Below, piece after piece: positions 54,714-64,000 of a stretch of DNA of 64,000 nucleotides; the first letter of the stretch is position 1, and each line of letters begins with the position of its first letter. The notes under the pieces were generated by a model that searched no databases, was not told where the DNA came from, and saw only the letters and a list, made by a program, of their open reading frames with translations. The stretch is from positions 61,132,001 to 61,196,000 of the forward strand of contig OZ024741.1 in the NCBI GenBank assembly GCA_964016885.1, written 5' to 3'. Origin of the DNA: Eledone cirrhosa. Its lineage: Eukaryota. The position numbers were made by a program, and so were the translations under genes.

Positions 54714-57700
54714 TTAATTGTAAGTTGTGATGTTGCTGTTCCACTCATATTTTCTATTTAATTTTGGTTTTAATTCTTTTATGCTTACTGCCTCTGTAAT
54801 TTGCCTAAACATTGCGTCTTTCTTGTGTGTGGATTCTATTTTTATTTCTATGCTCTCTAATTTACCCCTGTGTTCTATCTTAGCATGTTGGTAGAGCACA
54901 GATGATTCTTTATTATCTTGGAGGTCTCGCCAGTGTTCATTTATTCGTTCCCCTATACTACGAGCTGTCTCACCTATGTACACTATATTTTTTTTGTTTC
55001 TACATTGTCCTTCAGTACATCTTATGCTATATACTACATTTCTAGTTTTACAGTTAATATGGGGGCTTATTTTACAGGTTATACATTTCTTATCTATACA
55101 TGAGGGTCTTTGGAACGGGTATGTCTTGCTAATAAGTGTTTTTACGGAGGTACCAGGTCTTTCTACTATCTTAATATTGAGATTATGTTTCTTTAGGGCC
55201 CTTCTAAATGTGTAGGCTAGTTCGCCTCTAGGGGTTGTATTGATGAACATTACACTCTGGTATTTATTGCTATCATACCATGAGTTTATTCTATTGGCCT
55301 TGTTCTTAGTTCTTTCTATTCTATTCCAAAATTTGCTCCTATACAAGGGGCAGGTCCCATTTATGTCATTATTTACCATTTTTTCCCATTTGGTTCTGGC
55401 TCCTTTATACACTCTGATTCTATCTCTCTGATTGTAGCCAGAGAACTGCATACGGTGGATGAAGTGTTGTATGTGTCTCTCTAGTTCTTCGGGGTTGCAC
55501 ATGCGGGACACATTTCTCATCACCCGTACCAAATCCGCAATCAGTATGTTGATTTTGGTATGGTCCGAAATGGCCGAGTTTCGGTGGATCAGATGTTTGG
55601 AAGTCATGGGTTTGGCATAATGGGAATGGAGGATTTGTTTTTGGTTGTTAATTGTATCTAACCAGAGCTCTGTGTCTAGTACAGGTAATCGATGGTTGGG
55701 GTGTCTACTTGGGTAGTCTATAGTAACTCTAATGCTCTGGTGGATGGAGTTTGCTATTTGCTGGATGCTTTCCATTGTGTTTTTCTCTAGTTCCTGACTG
55801 TTCTTTAGTGGGGGTGTCTTAACTACGATGTTTATATCATCTACGTAGCGGGAGTACATTATCAGGGTTAAGCTGTCTTCTAATTGTTCATTAAGTTTTT
55901 GTTTAAGTCTACTGTCCCACCATACCATGAATAAGTTAGCTATGTCGCCTGCAATGCTAACACCAATGGCTGCTCCTTCCTCTTGGGCATATGTTTTACC
56001 ATTAAATTTGAACATATGTTCCTTAAGGGTTAATTTTATGCTGGCCCCTACCGCATGTGCAATCATTTTCTTCAGTTCATCGTGGTTTTCGGGTGTCCGT
56101 ATGGCTCTGGTCCACCCGTTCCATCTATCTGTGTGGGTTTACTTGGCCATTGAGGTAATGGTAGGTGGTCTGCCTCTTGCTCGTCTTGTAGGGCACAGGT
56201 TGCTAAGGTCATAAGTGTCTAGGTAACTATTACTATGGGTAAGCTTAAGTAGAAGTCCCAGCTCACTGGTATCAATCCCACGGAACTCAACCTTGCTCTC
56301 GCTGATCATTTCGACGCATTTCTCCACAGCAAAATCCACGTCAATAGATGGATACAGGGACACAACATCCATACTGCCTATTATGCAGTTTGTTAGGTCC
56401 CCAGATCGGTTACCCGCGCCGATTCTGCTGAGGAGGTCCTCCGTGCTGTCACACACATCTGGGGATATCTCAATGATGGGGCGTATGATCAGGGAGAGGA
56501 AGTAGGACAGTCTGTAGTTACTAGCAATGTTAGCCCCACAGACTGGCCGTGTTGGTGGTCCTGCGACAGGGTCCCAGCCCGTTTTATGGTCTTTTCGAAG
56601 CCCATACAACGCCGGCACGTCATTGTTCCAGGCCTGGAAGTTGTTGGCAGTCCTTTTGTTGGGCTGCATTATATTTGTCCACATCACCATATGGGCATTG
56701 AGGGTTTTTTCTCTATCCTCATGCTCCTGTGGTGTTACCTCTCTTGTGTTAGTGATGTGGGGTTGCATTGCCTGGATGTAGTTTGGCAGGCTGTCAACCG
56801 ACATTCTGCCAGACTTGTCTGTTGGAAAGCATGCTATCTCTCCATTACGCGAGCGCTGCATGAGCTTACGCAAGCCATTTGCAGATTCTTCTCCCAGTTG
56901 CTGGGCCTCTATTCTATTATGCTTCTTGCTATACTGTTCTATAATATTTCTAAGTTCGGATTTAGCTATACTAAATTGTGCTTCTGTTTGTTCATCGACC
57001 TGCGACGGCAACTGCGTGCGTTTGTTAAATGGCAAAGTCGTGGCGTGGACTCGTCGTAGGTCGAATGATTTATCGGAGGGGTTATAAAACGGAGAGTTCC
57101 AGGCTGCTGCTTTATGTGTACTAGTGCTATTGTTATTGTTAGTTGTGTTGTTTCTATTTCCACCAACAGCAGCAGCCTCAGCTTCATGGTTGTTTCTATG
57201 TCTCTCATAATTACTCCTGTCTCTTTCCACTGGCTCAATGTTGTTATCTACCCTATTTTTTTTGTGTGTCTGTGTGTTCGTCTTGGTTATTCTCTTTGTC
57301 CTTAGTCTCCCATCTCCTTTTCCTTTTAATCCTATTAGTTTCTCTTATTTCTCTGATTTCTGTGCTACTGTCATTACTTGTTTTCTGTGTCTGTGTGTTT
57401 GTTAAGATTGTGGTGGTGGTGAGAGGCATTGAATGCGTGTGTGTTGTTGTTGTTGATGTGTGTTGTTGTTGTCTCCGTGTGTGTGTTATCGTTGTTGTGT
57501 GTGTTGTTATTGTTGTTTGTGTTTGCGTGTCTGTTGTTGTTGTATCTGGGTATGTTGCTATTGTTGTTGTTGTTGATGTGTGTGTTGTTGTTATTGTTGT
57601 CTCCGTGTGTGTTGTTATTGTTGTTTGTGTCTGCGTGTCTGTTGTATCTGGGTATGTTGCTATTGTTGTTGTTGTATCTGGGTATGTTGCTATTGTTGTT

Positions 57701-58220
57701 GTTATTGTTGTTTGTGTCTGTGTGTCTGTTGTTGTTGGGATGTGTGTTGTATATGTGTGTGCGTATATTGTTGCTTTTGTTTTTGTTTTTGATGCTCCAG
57801 TGTAGTTTCGTAAATGATTTTTCTATTTCTGACAGACAACTAATCATATTTACCTTCTTGAATGTCGCAAATTTAGGTGGCAGACGTAACACAGACATTT
57901 CATTATTATCTATTTCCGTGTTTCCATAAATGTTGGTATTTTCATTGTTGAACTCTTCAGATAATGAGGTGTCGGCCATGTTGATACCGTCAATTTTGTC
58001 GGGATATCTATTGGTATACTCTATAGTATCCCGATTTAGCTTTGCCTGTTTAAGCCACTTTAATTTTCTGTTAAAGTGCTTATTACATTCTTGAGTAATG
58101 TACTGTTCTTCGGGGCGTATAAGGCTTATAAATGTTAGTTTTTCTGCTGGTGTGGTGATTTTAGATATTTCTTGTATTAGGTTACGCTTTAGTTTTTCTT
58201 GATTACTTAATTCTCTATAG
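54714..58220 (-). pseudogene. PLE polyprotein (N-terminal region, Asn-rich insert, RT, GIY-YIG endonuclease)
   Basis: LRLPPKF, PTDKSGR, LYGLRKDHK..RPVC, GSMDVVSLYPSI, RYVDD, VVYSIRC..YIGET; in-frame TAA at 56139 and frameshifts at ~57250-57400. Confidence 0.9.
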
Positions 58221-58708
58221 ATCTTCCAACATGCTAAGATAGAACACAGGGGTAAATTAGAGAGCATAGAAATAAAAATAGAATCCACACACAAGAAAGA
58301 CGCAATGTTTAGGCAAATTACAGAGGCAGTAAGCATAAAAGAATTAAAACCAAAATTAAATAGAAAATATGAGTGGAACAGCAACATCACAACTTACAAT
58401 TAAGGACAAAATGAAAACACACACACACATAGAACAAACAACTTACAATTGAAAACACACACAAAATGAAAACACACACAAGACAAAATGAAAATACACA
58501 CACACATAGAACAAACAACCAACCAACAATAAATAAATAAATAAACAAACAAATAGAAAAATATAAATAGAAAAATAGAAAAATGAACACAAACACACAC
58601 AGACACCCGGATGTGGCGCATGCGCAAACTGAGCACGCAACCCACACACAAACAAAATGGCGTAGGATAGAAGAAAGGAAAGGCACAGAAACGAAGAAAG
58701 AAATCCCC

Positions 58709-58753
58709 AGTCACTGAAGAGGTCACAGAGTGTGTGACGAAAGAACTATGACT
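58709..58753 (+). ncRNA. Hammerhead in the inverted pLTR
   Basis: AGTCA-CTGAAGA-G-GTCACA gagtg TGTGAC-GAAA-GAAC-TA-TGACT. Confidence 0.82.
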
Positions 58754-59068
58754 ATATATATATAAACAACTATCTGGTTGTGGAACCAACCAACCAACCA
58801 GAAATTTATAAATTTGTAAATTTATAAATATATAATAAATTAAATTGAAGTGAAAGCAACTGGTGCGTGTGTTTCTTATTGGCAACATGACCCTCCCAAA
58901 GTATAACAATATTTAACATTTAATATTCTATCATTCTATTTCATTATAATACCATTATAAATTTTAAAGGATTGTAAATAAAACGAGTAAATCAGACAAA
59001 GTTGGAATTCCTGTTATTAATATAATTTTCTATACACAATCATACACACACGTGTATATTTATCTATC

Positions 59069-59122
<54 letters not shown>

Positions 59123-59154
59123 TATATATATATATTTATATATATATATTTATT

Positions 59155-59187
<33 letters not shown>

Positions 59188-59214
59188 TTATATATATATA
59201 TTTATATATATATT

Positions 59215-59245
<31 letters not shown>

Positions 59246-59292
59246 ATATTATATATATATATATAAAACCACAGACCCTCCATCTCAACTCA

Positions 59293-59330
59293 CCTTTTGA
59301 AAAGCAGAAGAACTGCGAAACCGGTAAAGG
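59293..59330 (+). ncRNA. Degenerate minimal hammerhead (core TTGAAAA)
   Basis: CCTT-TTGAAAA-GCAG aagaa CTGC-GAAA-CCGG-TA-AAGG; helices intact, two core substitutions. Confidence 0.55.
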
Positions 59331-59485
59331 AACCAAATAAATATATATATTTTTTTTTTAAATAAGACTTCAGTTGCATTTTCGATTTCATCTCTTTTTC
59401 TTTATACTTCCACTCGTGTAGGACACCTCGGTTATTTTTCATTTTGTAAAAAAAACCTCACTTTCTAATATATATATATATATAT

Positions 59486-59678
<193 letters not shown>

Positions 59679-59838
59679 TTATATATATATATTTATTTAT
59701 ATACATATATATATTTATAGTATTTATTCTATAGTATTTCGCTCTAATTAATTTATTAATTCTCCCTTGAGCCACATCGTGAAAAGTTGCAAAAACACAT
59801 ATATACCTGTGACTTTGTTTAATTCGTGTATGTGTAAT

Positions 59839-59920
<82 letters not shown>

Positions 59921-60224
59921 GAGAGGCACTGAAGTAGCAGAATCCTGAAAACTTCGGCAGATGCCTAGAATGAACCAATAAAATGATGTAACAACCCCGG
60001 GCAAATGCAGCACTGAAATAAAGTACAAGCTCCGCCGCCAGGTTCGGTATTTGAACCCGTTATCTTAATATTGTAAGTCTAAAACCTAATCACTGGGCTA
60101 TGTTCTTTCAATATATCACCAATTTAATCACGGTCGAACATGTCTTTCAGTTGCTAATTTTAACAGGGGTGAAACACCTGTAAACTTGTAGTTCTTTGCT
60201 AAATAAATCTGTATAGCTACGACG

Positions 60225-60545
60225 TGAGGTGCGTGGCTTTGTAGTTAGGGAATTCGGTTCACGATCGTAATGTCCTGTGTTCGATTCCAGACGCGCTGTG
60301 TCCTTGATCAAGAAACTTTATTTCAGGTTGTTCCAGTTCACTCAGCTGGTAAAAATGAGTTGTACCTATAATTCGAAGTGCCAGCTTTGTCATATTTTTG
60401 GTCACGCCGAATCTCCCTGAGAACTACGTTAAAGATACGCGTGTTTGTGGAATGCTCAGCCACTTGCACGTTAATTTCAGGAGTAGGTTATGTTGTTCCG
60501 TTGATTGGATCAACTGGAACACTCGTGTCGTAATCGACCGAGTAC
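60225..60545 (+). mobile_element. tRNA-derived SINE
   Basis: B box GTTCGATTCC; body CCTTGATCAAGAAACTTTATTTC..CACTCAGCTGG; many partial copies in the window (e.g. ~250-470, 4690-4870, 24180-24350, 25030-25310). Confidence 0.8.
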
Positions 60546-61469
60546 CTTCCCACAATATCAGTACAACAGCTTGTCATTGTCTGTCAGTTTAAACTATTGT
60601 ATACCTACAATAATTATACAGGTTTACGAAGGTTGACTCCATTTCGCCACATCCCTTGATGAGGGGGGGGGGAATGAACTAGTTCTATCCCTTGCCAAAG
60701 GTCAACTCGTAATTATATAGACCACAGTCATCACTCCGTCATGTATTCATGCCCTTTTACATAAAGGAGGAAATCGATCGATAAGATCCCACACCTCATT
60801 TGCTGTGTGAGGTAGAACTCGTCAAATCGAACCAAGGAAACAATATTTCCCTTGGAATTGCCATTGCTGATACGATCTACCGGTCGAAATAACAGAAGGA
60901 GCAAGTGTCATGCTCGAGGACATAACGCATCACCCGGTGCGGGAATCGAAATCACAACTTCATAATTACAAATCCAATTCTGTAATCATTAAGCAACGCG
61001 CATTCACATTTATATATAAACGCTTATAAATATTTGTTTCTTTATGTTCATGAATACTTTGATTCTTTTATGAGTTTCAGTTTGTGGATTACGGCCATGA
61101 TAGGGAGATACCAGCTTGTTTTCGCTGTTCATGTCAACCCGAGAATAGGTATTTTCAATTCTACTGCTTCTTATTTATAAATCTCATTTTTGCTGGTCAT
61201 AAATACAAACACAAATGTAACCATATCGGAACACACACACACACACACACACGCGCACGCACGCGCGCGCGCGCGCGCACATACGCACACATACCCCAGA
61301 GCAAGTCATGGTCATTAGACTTGGCTTATCTCACAATGGGGCAAATCGTCTAAACCATATTAGAATATAAAGTGGGCGTTAAACGGTGATATATGATATA
61401 TATATATTATTATGTAATTAAATAGCTCTGTCACGTCCAAAGAAACCAGTTGGATCTACCACAAACATT

Positions 61470-61503
<34 letters not shown>

Positions 61504-61671
61504 CATATATATATATTTGTTTTTTGGCTTAGGTGGCTAATGCCTTCTTAACCACTTTTTCAGTTTGTATGGCGTTTTAATATATTGTTTAGCTCTAGTT
61601 TTCTTAACTATTGAGCGCTTGCCAGCACTTCTACGATTTTGCGTTTCGTTTCGCTTTTTCTACCAGCCGAA

Positions 61672-61735
61672 ATACGATTCTCGCTGAATTATATTTATAT
61701 ATATATATATAAATATAATTCAGCGAGAATCGTAT
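61672..61735. repeat. Perfect palindrome centred on (TA)n
   Basis: ATACGATTCTCGCTGAATTATATT-(TA)n-AATATAATTCAGCGAGAATCGTAT. Confidence 0.9.
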
Positions 61736-61752
61736 ATATATATATATATGTT

Positions 61753-61787
<35 letters not shown>

Positions 61788-62520
61788 GACTCTGGCTTCT
61801 GCAGTTTCTATCACAAGTTGAAGTTTATAATAGTAAAACAATTTTATAGAAAAAGAGGAAAAAACTTTTTGATTGAGAAGAAAGAATGGAATGTAAAATA
61901 TAAAACGGAAAAGGGAGGGGAACGGCAAGGTCTCTAGTGTCACGAAAGAATGGGGAGAGCAAAGGGGGAGGGTGATTAGGCTCTGGGCCTAGGTCACGGC
62001 AGTAATGGGGCTGCACCCCACGGACAAGACCGCAAAAGCATTCCCACGGATTATAGCCAGCGATACCCGCTGCAACAGCCATCCCACCTCGCGGGGCACC
62101 TTCCTCAGAAGGGCCAACGACGTTCTGGTGTTGCGGAGGAGCTGAGCAGTGCGGAGTTCAAGTACGCCTCAGGTCTCGACGTCGACTAGTGCGAAGAGGA
62201 AACGGCTGAACATTCCCTGGTCAATCCTAAGGTCAGAATAGAAGTCACCTGTCCAAATTGCTGTGTAACAGACCTGAACCCAGATCAGATGTTTGCGAAG
62301 AAAACTTCTTAACCACAGCCATGCCACCTACGTTAGCTTCTGTAGTCAGTTACCTTATACCTTATGTTGATTAAGTGGTGAATTATTTGATATCCTATCC
62401 AACAGCGTCTATTGATCGAACAGATTCATAAATCGAACGCCTTGTGGCTATGTACAACAGTATCACGTAATGTGTTTGTTTACAAACAACTTCCACACGT
62501 ATACATACACACATACACAC

Positions 62521-62551
<31 letters not shown>

Positions 62552-62631
62552 CATACATACATACATACATACATACATACATACATACAGAAATTTGCAT
62601 GCAAGCATTCTATATATATATATGAATAGTT

Positions 62632-62676
<45 letters not shown>

Positions 62677-62761
62677 AAATATATAAAATGTATGTATATG
62701 TAGTATAACGATATATATGAATACATATATAGTTATACTACATATACATACACATATAAGT

Positions 62762-62833
<72 letters not shown>

Positions 62834-62895
62834 GTGTGTGTGTATGTGCACAATATATATATTTGAATGTCTGTCTATATATATATGTATGCATA

Positions 62896-62961
<66 letters not shown>

Positions 62962-62997
62962 CATATATGTATATATATATATATGTATATACATACA

Positions 62998-63043
<46 letters not shown>

Positions 63044-63060
63044 CATACACATATATATAT

Positions 63061-63098
<38 letters not shown>

Positions 63099-63488
63099 AT
63101 ACACAACGTGCACACACCACATTCATTCAGAGAAATATGAAGATGATATAGCAGTATTTGTTGAGAACTTTTATATAAGTTCTATTTCCTCAGAAGCAAT
63201 ACATTCAGTATGTTTAGAATTGCACTTTCTCGTAATTTTATCATTTTCATGTTTTCAGAACACTTCAACACGAAGGCAATTATTAATAGTTAGAGTTATC
63301 TATTGAAATAATCAGTCAATAGTTTCTATGATATATCTAAATCTGCAAATCCTTCATCTTTCTCTTTATGTGTGTACGTGTATAAACGTATATATATATA
63401 TATGGAAAGAGAGAATATATATATACATATACTTATACCTACATACCCCCTCCCCACACACACACACATATATATATATATGTATATA

Positions 63489-63550
<62 letters not shown>

Positions 63551-63556
63551 TATATA

Positions 63557-63644
<88 letters not shown>

Positions 63645-63765
63645 AAAAGACAGAGAACAATCAACCCTTGTTAGCTGGGAAAGTGGACGTTAAAACGTTG
63701 ATGACAATGATGATATCTCTATATATATGTATATGTATATATATATGTATATATATATATATATA

Positions 63766-63814
<49 letters not shown>

Positions 63815-63868
63815 GAATAAAAACAATGAATAAAAACAAAGAAACAGTTCCTTATATTAAAAAATTCA

Positions 63869-64000
63869 TCATTTTACGATCGTTTCTAGGATATATATGT
63901 GTGTGTTGGTATGTATATCATATAGATCTATGTAAAACTTTTACAAACTATCAGAGGGAATATACATACCTACACATATATATGCTGTCTTCAGAAATAA
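63869..64000 (-). ncRNA. Type I hammerhead with ~105-nt helix II
   Basis: Minus strand: TTATTT-CTGAAGA-[long stem: ATATATATGTGT..GGTATGTATAT / ATATACATACC..ACACATATATAT]-GAAA-CGATCG-TA-AAATGA. Confidence 0.7.

Larger units (their letters stand above)
54148..58910 (-). mobile_element. Near full-length Naiad-like Penelope-like element with inverted 5' pseudo-LTR
   Basis: Minus-strand ORF pieces 58220 to 54714; inverted copy 58226-58912 of 54205-54891; ~12-bp duplication ATTTAACATTTA at 54136-54147 and 58911-58922. Confidence 0.92.
53361..59055. mobile_element. Head-to-head palindromic mini-element (~355-bp arms) with its right arm split by a PLE
   Basis: Left arm 53361-53716 is the reverse complement of 53883-54147 joined to 58911-~59012; the right arm continues to ~59055, matching the solo copy at 27680. 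Confidence 0.85.

Noticed and set aside
56139-56141. Possible selenocysteine recoding, reported for some Naiad PLEs
   Set aside because: The in-frame stop is TAA, at a position that is Lys in the sister element, not TGA at a Cys.
62100-62260. Possible L1/Tx1 C-terminal zinc-knuckle fragment (CEEETAEH)
   Set aside because: Too short and decayed to support a call.

Overview
AT-rich, microsatellite-saturated animal DNA with no recognisable host gene; the SINE, LINE and microsatellite make-up resembles an octopod cephalopod (inference). Most entries in the ORF track are (TA)n, (CA)n or (GA)n artefacts. All real coding remnants are transposon-derived: a decayed intron-containing Helitron (Rep/Hel, ~13.2-17.7 kb); a Buster/Charlie-type hAT with TIRs and an 8-bp TSD nested in an RTE LINE (39234-41307); five RTE LINE copies, one with a PHD-like finger and a matching SINE 3' tail and one with a twin-priming-like 5' inversion; two Naiad-like Penelope-like elements (PLEs), one with a ~690-bp inverted pseudo-LTR; and a decayed Hydra-clade-like PLE. 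The most striking unannotated signal is non-coding. I folded by eye 14 core-intact and several degenerate minimal type I hammerhead ribozymes (HHRs) from about 10 unrelated sequence families. They sit mostly in short cassettes embedded in (TA)n, including head-to-head palindromic mini-elements with one outward-facing HHR per arm and variants with a >100-nt helix II. A second, recurrent class of (TA)n-embedded asymmetric hairpin cassettes shares an ACTC...GAGT stem. Together these suggest a (TA)n-targeted set of non-autonomous, PLE-dependent ribozyme and hairpin elements. All folds and alignments were done by eye and need computational confirmation.
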